Source: Candidatus Multivoradales bacterium
GTDB lineage: Bacteria > Acidobacteriota > Thermoanaerobaculia > Multivoradales > JAHEKO01
Assembly (NCBI GenBank): GCA_965223855.1
Contig: CBDCXM010000008.1
Span: 640,001-704,000 of the forward strand
DNA: 64,000 bases
Direction: 5' to 3'
Shown here: one piece after another, positions 1 through 8,075 of the stretch
Numbering within the stretch: position 1 is the stretch's first letter
How the letters are laid out: each line of letters starts with the position of its first letter
Notes under the pieces: generated by a model
Seen by the model: the letters and a program-made list of their open reading frames with translations, nothing else
Database searches by the model: none
What the model was told of the DNA's origin: nothing
Made by a program: the position numbers and the translations under genes

Positions 1-553
1 GCTCGCGCGTCTCGTCGAGCATGACGTCACCCTCGACCCGACGCTGGTCGTCCTCCACTCGAAGTTCTTCGGCGACCAGGCGCGCTATCGCGAGCATCCG
101 GAGGCGCACCTGGCGCCCGAAGTCCTTCGAGCCACCTGGGCCGAGCACAACTTCGTCACCGACTGGACCGACGAGGACTTCGGGAGCGCGAGAGCCGCCT
201 GGCCGCGGGTGCTGGAGCTCGTACGGCGCTACCACGAGGCCGGCATCCCACTGTCCGTGGGGAGCGACTTCAGCAATCCGTGGATCGTGCCCGGGGTGAG
301 CTTCCACGAGGAGCTGGGCCTGCTGGTGGAGGCCGGTATCGCGCCTCTCGACGTCCTGCGGATGGCGACCCTCAACGGCGCGCGCGCCCTCGGCCTCGAG
401 GACGAGATCGGCACGGTCGAGGTCGGCAAGCGGGCGGACCTGGTCGTCCTCGCCCGCGATCCGTCGCGTCAGATCTGGAACAGCCGCGCTCTGGAGCTCG
501 TCGTCGCCGGTGGACGGGTCCTGAGCCCGAGCACGCTGCTCGACGAGATCTAG
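1..553 (+). CDS. Amidohydrolase family protein (5'-truncated by window edge)
   Basis: Frame open from position 2; C-terminal motifs [24 protein letters not shown] and [14 protein letters not shown] typical of amidohydrolases. Confidence 0.85.
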   Translation, partial: LARLVEHDVTLDPTLVVLHSKFFGDQARYREHPEAHLAPEVLRATWAEHNFVTDWTDEDFGSARAAWPRVLELVRRYHEAGIPLSVGSDFSNPWIVPGVSFHEELGLLVEAGIAPLDVLRMATLNGARALGLEDEIGTVEVGKRADLVVLARDPSRQIWNSRALELVVAGGRVLSPSTLLDEI

Positions 554-559
554 GCGCTC

Positions 560-730
560 CATAGGGAAAAGGGCCGGAAAGCTCCTCGACACTCGTTGGG
601 GATAGTGGCCCGAAGAACCCCGCTGAGCGACGTGCGGTTACGCACCGCGTTCGGCTTCCCAGCCCAAGAGGCCTTGTTGTCCTGCGGACGGATCCGCGCA
701 AAACCCAAGGAGGTTGTGGACGCCTCTCGG
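560..730 (+). ncRNA. Candidate structured intergenic element (unclassified)
   Basis: Between convergent genes; nested stems GCTGAGCG(622-629)/CGTTCGGC(648-655) with G-U pairs around GTGCG-gtta-CGCAC, and GCGGA-cgga-TCCGC (684-697). Confidence 0.25.
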
Positions 731-775
731 GTAGTACAGGCGCGTCGGCCGAAGTTTTGTTACACCGAGCCGGAA

Positions 776-2647
776 TCAGGCCTGAAACTGCAGCTCGTAG
801 AGACGCTTGTACGTCCCACCCTGGCGCATCAGCTCTTCGTGATCGCCGATCTGAGTGATCCGCCCGGCCTCCATGACGACGATCCGGTCGGCCGACTTGA
901 CCGTCGACAGGCGATGGGCGATGACCAGCGCGGTGCGACCGCGCATCAGGTTATACAGCGCCTTCTGCACCAGCGCTTCCGACTCGCTGTCGAGGTGGGA
1001 GGTCGCTTCGTCGAGGATCAGGATCGGCGCGTTCTTGAGCAGCGCTCGGGCGATCGCCAGCCGCTGGCGCTGGCCGCCGGAGAGGCGTGACCCCTCCTCG
1101 CCGATCCGGGTGTCGTAGCCGGCCGGCAGCTCCATGATGAAGTCGTCGGCGTAGGCCGCCGCCGCGGCTTCGCGAACGCTCTCGAGCGACAGGTCCGAGC
1201 GCCCGTAGGCGATGTTGTTGCGCACCGTCTCGTCGAAGAGCACGGTCTCCTGGGTGACGATGCCGATCTGCCTCCGCAGGCTCTCGAGCGTCACCTCGCG
1301 GACATCGTGGCCGTCGAGGGTGATCGTCCCTTCGTCGGGATCGTAGAAGCGCGGCAGCAGGTTGATGAGCGTCGACTTGCCGGCCCCGGAAGGCCCGACG
1401 ACCGCCACCACCTCGCCGCGGCCGATCTCGAGATCGACGCCGCGCAACACATGCTCGTCGCCGTAGCCGAACGACACGCCGTCGAAACGGACACGATCGC
1501 GGAACTCCTCGAGGTCGCGAGCGCCCTTGCGGTCGGCAACCTCGTTGGGCACCGCGAGGATCTTCGCCACCCGCTGGGCCGCCGCCCGCGCCTCCTGGAG
1601 GATGAGGTTGACCTTGTTGAGCTTGCGGATCGGGTCGTAGAGCATCATCAGCGCGGTCAGGAACGACACCAGCACGGACGCGGTCAGCTGCCCCGATCGC
1701 ACCGCCCGACCCGCGTAGATCAGGAATGCCGCCGCGCCGACGGCGGCGAGCGACTCGACCACCGGCCCGGAGACGTAGGTCAGGATCTGGGACCGCAGCT
1801 TGACCTGCAGGTGTCGCTGCGTCGCCTCCGAGAAGCGGCGGTGCTCGAAGTCCTCCATACCGAACGCCTTCACCACCCGGTGACCGCGCGTCGCCTCGGA
1901 GAGGAGCTGGGTGAGGTCGGCCATCCGCTCCTGAGAGCGGTGGCTCGTCTTCCACATCCCCTTGCCGAAGCGGGCGATCGGGTAGATGAAGATCGGCGTC
2001 ACCACCAGGCAGACGAGCGCCAGCTTGAGATGGATGTTGAGCAGCACGACGATCAGCACGATCAGTGTCGGCGTCTGCTGGAAGAGGTCGAGCAGCCGGC
2101 TGGTCACCGCGTTCTGCATCACCGTGACGTCGTTGACGACCCGGCTCACCAGCTCACCGGAGGTGTGTTGCTCGTGAAAGCGCGTCGATTGATCGACGAC
2201 CCGCCGGAACAGGTCGTTGCGCATGTCGGTCGTCATGCCGAGCCCGATGTGCTGAAACGAGTAGCCTGAAAGGAAGCTCGACAGGCTCCGGAGCAGCAGC
2301 ACGACCACCATCAGCAGCGGCACGAGGTAGACGACGTTCTCCTCGGTGATGCCGAGCCGCCGCTTGAGGCTGTCGTAACCGCCCTGCAGTCCCGCACGCA
2401 GGTCGAATCTCTCCTTGAGACGAGCGAAGAAACCCTCGACTTCGACATCCTCCGCGGCCTCCGCCACCGCCTCGAGCGCCTCCGGACGCTGATCGGTCAT
2501 CAGCACCTCGCCGAAGATCGGCTCGACGAGCGCCACCATCGCTCCTGAGGAGAGGGCGAACGTCATGACCGACACGACGGCGATCGCCACCCAGCCGCCG
2601 TAGCGGCGGCCGTAACGCCAGAGGAACGGAATCGTGCGTGAACTCAT
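776..2647 (-). CDS. MsbA-like ABC transporter (TMD + NBD), probable lipid A/lipid exporter
   Basis: Hydrophobic N-terminal half; Walker A GPSGAGKS, signature LSGGQRQR, Walker B ILILDEATS; ATG at 2647 overlaps upstream stop (ATGA). Confidence 0.88.
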   Translation of the reverse strand: MSSRTIPFLWRYGRRYGGWVAIAVVSVMTFALSSGAMVALVEPIFGEVLMTDQRPEALEAVAEAAEDVEVEGFFARLKERFDLRAGLQGGYDSLKRRLGITEENVVYLVPLLMVVVLLLRSLSSFLSGYSFQHIGLGMTTDMRNDLFRRVVDQSTRFHEQHTSGELVSRVVNDVTVMQNAVTSRLLDLFQQTPTLIVLIVVLLNIHLKLALVCLVVTPIFIYPIARFGKGMWKTSHRSQERMADLTQLLSEATRGHRVVKAFGMEDFEHRRFSEATQRHLQVKLRSQILTYVSGPVVESLAAVGAAAFLIYAGRAVRSGQLTASVLVSFLTALMMLYDPIRKLNKVNLILQEARAAAQRVAKILAVPNEVADRKGARDLEEFRDRVRFDGVSFGYGDEHVLRGVDLEIGRGEVVAVVGPSGAGKSTLINLLPRFYDPDEGTITLDGHDVREVTLESLRRQIGIVTQETVLFDETVRNNIAYGRSDLSLESVREAAAAAYADDFIMELPAGYDTRIGEEGSRLSGGQRQRLAIARALLKNAPILILDEATSHLDSESEALVQKALYNLMRGRTALVIAHRLSTVKSADRIVVMEAGRITQIGDHEELMRQGGTYKRLYELQFQA

Positions 2648-4033
2648 CGTCCGCGCTCGAAGGCCGGCGACAGCTTGCTGGCGATCCGGTTCTCGATCCA
2701 GTCGGCGTCGAGCCACTCCACCGGGTCGACGGCGACCCCATGGAGGAACATCCCGAAGTGCAGGTGGTCACCGCCCGCCAGCCCGGTGACGCCGGTACGA
2801 CCGACCGTCCGGCCGCGCTCGATCGCCTCGCCTTCCGACACGTCGATCGAAGACAGATGGCCGTAGAGGGACAGCAGCCCGTAGCCGTGGTCGATCACCA
2901 CCACGTTGCCGTAGATGCCCAGGAAGCGCGCCGCCACCACCGTGCCGGCGTTGGCGGCCGGAACTTCCGCCCGGCGCACCGAAGCGAGGTCGTAGCCGAG
3001 GTGGACCTGCCGATCCACTTCCTCCCCGCCGTAGCGATAGGTACGGCGATCGCCGAAGCGCGCCATCACCTGGCCGTTCGGCATCGGCAGAAAGGCTCCC
3101 CGCCAGGCGAATCGCTCCTCGCTCCTGCCGGCGAGGGCACCGATCTCGGCCCGGTTCTCGACCCGCAGATCGCGGTTGATCGCCAGATAGCGATCGAGGA
3201 GCGATCCGGTGGCCGTCAGGCTCGGGCGTCTGCGACTCGATCTCGCTCGCCACCCGCTCGATGAAGCTGTCGGGCACGTTGATGTCGTCGTGCGTCACCT
3301 CGCGCGGCCTCAGGCGGTCGACGAAAGCGCGTTCGGTGCGGTAGCCGACGTCGTCCTCCACCACGAGCCGGATCGGGCTGTCGAGCGGCAGGTCGAACGG
3401 CACGGCAAACAGCGCGAACGTCTCGCCGGCGGTACCGCCCGGCAGCGGGTACCCCGGGAAGAAGGCGTCGCCGGCCGAAACTCCGTGACGGCGCGCCTCA
3501 TCACCGACCCGGTAGACGACCGCCTCGGCTCCCCCCTGGGTCGGATAGTGCTGACTCGACAGGAGCGCCACCGAAGGCGGCCGCAGCCGCACCGGCAGCT
3601 CGATCTCGGCCGAGACCGGGGCCGGCGAGCGCAGCCAGGTGCCGGCTCTCCAGGCGGTCGTTCGCACCGTCGCCGGGCCCTGCGCCAGCCCCTCCGTCAC
3701 GGTCGAGCCGATCTCCACGTCGATCGCGGCGGCTGCCTCGCGCGGCCCCCAGAACGCCCACGGCGCCCGGGTCTCGTAGTTCTCGTCGGCGAGCAGCCGC
3801 GACCTTTCACCCTGGACGAGTTCGACGGTCATCCGCGCCACTCCCCTGCCCGGCTCGGTCGCGACCGACGTCACCCTGGTGAGCGGTCCGATGCCCGGCA
3901 GATCGCTCGTCACCTCGACCTCCGGAAGGCCGCCGGTCCGCAGCGTCACGAGCGCCAGAAGCGCCAGAGCCACGAGGACCAGCACCGGCACGATGCCGCG
4001 GACGCGCCGCTTGCGCTCGCCGAGTTCCCTCAC
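2644..4033 (-). CDS. M23 family metallopeptidase with one frameshift near 3225
   Basis: N-terminal TM in ORF 2768..4033; M23 motifs HLGYD, YGHLS, HLHF in ORF 2644..3084; removing one C in ACGCCCGAGC (minus strand) joins the frames (…ESQTPSLTATGSLLDRYLAINRDLR…). Confidence 0.8.
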
Positions 4034-4040
4034 CGCGCTC

Positions 4041-4580
4041 TCAGTCGCCGCCGTCGTTGAGGCCGCGCATCACTTCGCGTTGCGACGAATAGCGCGCCCG
4101 TGCCCGGATGTAGACCTGATGGTCGAGGCCCAGCTCGCTCGCGATCCCTCGTACCTGCTCCTCCTCGACGACGGAGATCGAATCGTCGGCCGCCGACACC
4201 GCGAACAGGCAGTCGAGCAGAGAGAGTTTCTGTTCCTCGCTGGCGATCTCGCGGAACTCGCGGGTGACGAGGAAGTTCTCGGTACCGCCGAAGAGCCGGT
4301 TCTGGCTCTTGGCGATCTCGACCACCAACAGCGCCTGGTCCTCCGGCAGGTCGCCGTGCTCGGCCACGAGCGCCTCCATCGACCGCGACTCCTCGTCCGA
4401 GATGTGCTGATCGGCGTGGGCGACCCGGCCGAGAATGTAGGCGAAGGCGGCGATGTAGCGGGCGCGCTCGGGTTCTAGCGCCTCGAGGCGCGCCGCGATC
4501 TTGCGCACCGACTCGGTGTCGGCCTCGGACTCCGAGGGGGTGGGCTGCGAGGCGGAGAACAGTCGTTCGAGAATGGACAT
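4041..4580 (-). CDS. TerB family (tellurite resistance-like) protein
   Basis: RVAHADQHISDEE and FAVSAADDSISVVEEEQVRGIASELGL TerB-type motifs; start MSILERLF. Confidence 0.75.
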   Translation of the reverse strand: MSILERLFSASQPTPSESEADTESVRKIAARLEALEPERARYIAAFAYILGRVAHADQHISDEESRSMEALVAEHGDLPEDQALLVVEIAKSQNRLFGGTENFLVTREFREIASEEQKLSLLDCLFAVSAADDSISVVEEEQVRGIASELGLDHQVYIRARARYSSQREVMRGLNDGGD

Positions 4581-4646
4581 AGGCGCGCGGGCGCGGTGGC
4601 CTCGCGGCATCCTAACCCGACTGCCGAGCGCCGGTACAATCGCGCG

Positions 4647-5927
4647 ATGAACGCTCGTTCCAATGCCACCGGGCCGCTTCTGGCCTCGCTTCTCGTCGTC
4701 GCCTGCAGCGCCCCCGAGTCCACGCCCCCCAACCTTGCCGGGTCGCCTGACCTCGCCGGCCCGTGGCGTGCGGTCCTCGCTTCGCCGGGAGGCGAACTGC
4801 CGTTCACCCTCGAGATCTCCGGGGAAGGCGGCACCCTCGAAGCCTCGATCGCCAACGGCGACGAGCACGCCCCCACCACCGGCGTCGAGGTCGAAGGGAA
4901 CCGGGTGACGATCGGCTTCGACTGGTACGACTCGCGGATCGTCGCCACGCTCGAGGGAGACGACGGTATGCGGGGCGAGTGGACGCGAGCCTCGGCCGGA
5001 GGCACGGTTTCCCGCCTCCCTTTCTCGGCCACGAGAGGAGTGGCGCCCCGCTTCCGGGCTGTCACCGAGGACCGGCCGGCCGTCGCGACCACCGACATCG
5101 GCGGAGTGTGGAGGGTCGAGTTCACCGACGAGGACGGCACCGAACCGGCACAGGGGGAGTTCGTCCAGGACGGTACCCGCGTGACCGGGACCTTTCTCAC
5201 CCCGACGGGCGACTACCGCTTCCTCGAGGGAAGCTACGAGGAGGGGTTGCTTCGCCTGTCGACCTTCGACGGCGCACACGCCTTCCTCTTCTCCGCGCGA
5301 GTCGACGAGGACAGCACCCTGACGGGCGACTTCTGGTCGCGCGACAGTTACCACGCGACCTGGACCGCATCCCGGGCCGAAGAAGGCGAGGTCATCCTGC
5401 CGGACGCCTGGAACCTCGCCGGACTCACCAACGATGAAGGCAGTTTCTCGTTCTCCTTCGCGGACAGCGACGGCAACACCCTCTCGAGCGACGACCCGCG
5501 GTTCGACGGCAAGGTCGTGCTCGTCAACATCTTCGGTACCTGGTGCCCGAACTGCAACGACAAGGCGCCGCTGCTGGCGGAATGGCACGACCGGTGGGCC
5601 GACCGCGGTCTCGAGATCGTCGGGCTCGCCTACGAGTTCTCCGGCGACCCGGAGCGCGATCGCCTCTACGTCTCGAAGTTCGCCGAGCGCCACGGGATCG
5701 CCTTCCCGCTGCTGCTCGCGGGCATCAGCGACAAGGCGAAGGCCGCCGAGACGCTCCCGGACCTGAACGCCGTCATCGCCTTCCCGACGACCGTCTTCAT
5801 CGGTCGCGACGGCAGGGTTCGCAAGATCCACTCCGGCTTCTCGGGACCGGGGACCGGCTCGCACTACGACGAGCTGGTGGCGGAGCTGGAGGGTCTGATC
5901 GAGACCCTGCTCGACGAGCCGGCCTAG
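4647..5927 (+). CDS. TlpA/thioredoxin-like disulfide reductase lipoprotein
   Basis: Lipobox LLVVAC; C-terminal VVLVNIFGTWCPNC…FPTTVFIGRDG thioredoxin fold; TACAAT 6 nt before ATG. Confidence 0.85.
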   Translation: MNARSNATGPLLASLLVVACSAPESTPPNLAGSPDLAGPWRAVLASPGGELPFTLEISGEGGTLEASIANGDEHAPTTGVEVEGNRVTIGFDWYDSRIVATLEGDDGMRGEWTRASAGGTVSRLPFSATRGVAPRFRAVTEDRPAVATTDIGGVWRVEFTDEDGTEPAQGEFVQDGTRVTGTFLTPTGDYRFLEGSYEEGLLRLSTFDGAHAFLFSARVDEDSTLTGDFWSRDSYHATWTASRAEEGEVILPDAWNLAGLTNDEGSFSFSFADSDGNTLSSDDPRFDGKVVLVNIFGTWCPNCNDKAPLLAEWHDRWADRGLEIVGLAYEFSGDPERDRLYVSKFAERHGIAFPLLLAGISDKAKAAETLPDLNAVIAFPTTVFIGRDGRVRKIHSGFSGPGTGSHYDELVAELEGLIETLLDEPA

Positions 5928-6108
5928 CCCGGACTTCTCACGCCGGTGTGGTCTGGTAGGTCGTAGGTTGCTGAAGATACAAGGCTTCCGGTCGCGAGCA
6001 CCGCAGGCATAGCCGTAGCTACGTCGAGGAGCGCAGCGACCGGAAAACGAAGTAGGTTCAGTGACATACGGCCTACCAGGCTGCAGCGGCGTGAGAAGTC
6101 CGGGCTAG
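5924..6108. mobile_element. 185-bp palindromic MITE-like element with 22-bp perfect terminal inverted repeats ending in CTAG
   Basis: CTAGCCCGGACTTCTCACGCCG (5924-5945) / CGGCGTGAGAAGTCCGGGCTAG (6087-6108); further imperfect internal arms (CTGGTAGGTCGTA/TACGGCCTACCAG; TTCCGGTCGC/GCGACCGGAA). Confidence 0.8.
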
Positions 6109-6596
6109 CCCGCCCGGGAAGAGAGGTCGGCCCACGGGGCGCCGCTCGCCTCCGAGAGTTCGGCCGGCGTCGTCTCGAAGATGCTGTGCGGGCCTCCCGC
6201 GGCGGCCCAGATCCGGTCGAAGCGCTCGAGGCCACGGTCGAGCCAGGTCACGACAGGACCCTCGTGACCGAGCGGCGGAACGCCGCCGATCGCAAAGCCG
6301 GTCGCCTGGCGCACGAAATCCGGGTCGGCGCGACCAACGGGCTCGCCGGCCAGCGCCGCCAGCCTGTCGAGATCGACCCGGTCGGCGCCGCTCAGGACGA
6401 CCAGCAGGGCCCGCCCCGTCTCCCTGCCACGGAAGATCAGTGACTTCGCGATCTGCGCCGTCGAGCAGCCGACGGCGTCTGCCGCCTCCTGCGCCGTGCG
6501 TGTGGAGCCGGGCAGGCTCTCCACCCTGCGGTCGAGACCGAGGAAATCGAGCGCTGCCTGCACCCGCTCCGGTCCGCTGAGGCGAGCCGGCGTCAC
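6105..6596 (-). CDS. YbaK/EbsC aminoacyl-tRNA deacylase family protein
   Basis: TRTAQEAADAVG, QIAKSLIF, TGFAIGGVPP and WAAAG motifs. Confidence 0.88.
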   Translation of the reverse strand: MTPARLSGPERVQAALDFLGLDRRVESLPGSTRTAQEAADAVGCSTAQIAKSLIFRGRETGRALLVVLSGADRVDLDRLAALAGEPVGRADPDFVRQATGFAIGGVPPLGHEGPVVTWLDRGLERFDRIWAAAGGPHSIFETTPAELSEASGAPWADLSSRAG

Positions 6597-6862
6597 GAAG
6601 CGAAGCGCCGCGCCGCGCGGGCGCGTGCTTTCGCCGCCTCCTCCTCGCGGTTCCTCGGCGCAGCCGTCGTGACCAGCGAGTCGAGCAGCTGGCTCGCCAC
6701 CGCCGTCACGTCCTCGACCGCACGGTGGAACGCCTCCTCATTGGCCTTCGACGGCTTCGTGAAACCGCTGATCTTGCGCACGAACTGAAGCGCGGACGCT
6801 TCGATCTCGTCGGCGGTCGCCGGTGGTTCGAAGTTGTAGAGCCTGCGGATGTTGCGGCACAT
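6593..6862 (-). CDS. DUF2277 family protein
   Basis: MCRNIRRLYNFEPPAT…ALQFVRKISGFTKPSKANEEAF signature. Confidence 0.85.
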   Translation of the reverse strand: MCRNIRRLYNFEPPATADEIEASALQFVRKISGFTKPSKANEEAFHRAVEDVTAVASQLLDSLVTTAAPRNREEEAAKARARAARRFAS

Positions 6863-6909
6863 GGAGTCCTCCGGGGCGGAACGGGTGGGTGAACGGGCTC
6901 GACGGCGGC

Positions 6910-7293
6910 TCAGCCGTCGGTGCTCGGCACGCACTGCGCCGGCGGCCCGCCACCGCACACGCAGGTCAGACCGGGCGGGCAGTAGCACTGCGCCGGCACG
7001 AAGTCGCAACCAGGCTGGTCACACGACTCCCTCGTGCCGTCGCCCTGAACGAAGCCGACCTCGCAGTCGTTGGCAGGATCGACGCACGAGTAGTTGTCGC
7101 CCTCCAACTGCAGAGTGCAGTCGGGCGAGTCGAGACAAGCGAGCTCGGAGCGAGTCGCGCACGCCCCCTGGGGTGAGGCGGCCTGCTGACCGCCAGGCTC
7201 CGTGACGGGATCGCTGCTCGGGCTCGACGGCGAACCGGAGCAGGCGGGCAGAACGGCGAGCACCAGGGCCGTCAGGAAGAGCTGTCGCATCAT
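6910..7293 (-). CDS. Small cysteine-rich lipoprotein
   Basis: Lipobox VLPAC; 12 further Cys including CYCPPGLTCVCGGGPPAQC. Confidence 0.7.
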   Translation of the reverse strand: MMRQLFLTALVLAVLPACSGSPSSPSSDPVTEPGGQQAASPQGACATRSELACLDSPDCTLQLEGDNYSCVDPANDCEVGFVQGDGTRESCDQPGCDFVPAQCYCPPGLTCVCGGGPPAQCVPSTDG

Positions 7294-7349
7294 GGGTACT
7301 ACTCTACCGCCGCCGGCCCGCATGACCGATCCGCTCCATCGGCACCGGC

Positions 7350-8075
7350 CTACCCCGAAGGCTCTCCTTCGGAATCGTCCGCGCTCGACAGGCGGTGGTA
7401 GACACGCTGGTACACGAACGGCAGCCGTGACTTCGGCACCCGGATCTCCGTCTTGACGAACAGCGTGAGCCCGCGGTTGCCCGGCTCGAAGATCTCGATG
7501 ATCTTGCCTCCGGGTGCCCCGGTCGTCTCGACCACCAGACGGTCGCTGCTGCGCCAGCTCGCTTCGACCTCGACCGGTATTTCTGTGCCGGCCAGAGCGA
7601 AGCTCGCCGGTTGGCGTTTGCCGTCCACCGTCCAGCGGCGCTCGACCTCGTTCCAGTCGGTCATGGCCACCGTGTCGCCCTCTACGTGGATGGCCAGCAC
7701 CTCGGCACCCTCATGGATGCTGAGAGCCTTCTGCCTGAGTTCCTCGTAGATCGCGCGCCGATCGCGCCGGTTGCCGCCACCGAAGCTCCAGGTGCGAACC
7801 GTGCGGCCGTTCTCACGACGAACCTCGGGCTGCTCGGGCTCTTCCCCGAAGGTGTCGCGTCGCGGCAGCATCGCCCGGGGATCCTCGCTCGCCCTCGTGT
7901 CGAGTTGCCAGACCCCTGCCAGCGTCGAGAGGCCGTCCTTGTCGGCCGGGGCCGGACCGGCCGACACCAGTGCCAGCGCCAAGGCCAGAAGGAGGGCCAG
8001 CACGGGGGCCGATACCCGGGCAGCGGCCCATGCCGGTGCCTCTCGGGCGACCCAGCGGGTCGTCGTCGTCCTCAT
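7350..8075 (-). CDS. Exported hypothetical protein (lipocalin-like beta barrel)
   Basis: Signal peptide, LAGVWQLD motif, translational coupling to VWA gene. Confidence 0.6.
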   Translation of the reverse strand: MRTTTTRWVAREAPAWAAARVSAPVLALLLALALALVSAGPAPADKDGLSTLAGVWQLDTRASEDPRAMLPRRDTFGEEPEQPEVRRENGRTVRTWSFGGGNRRDRRAIYEELRQKALSIHEGAEVLAIHVEGDTVAMTDWNEVERRWTVDGKRQPASFALAGTEIPVEVEASWRSSDRLVVETTGAPGGKIIEIFEPGNRGLTLFVKTEIRVPKSRLPFVYQRVYHRLSSADDSEGEPSG

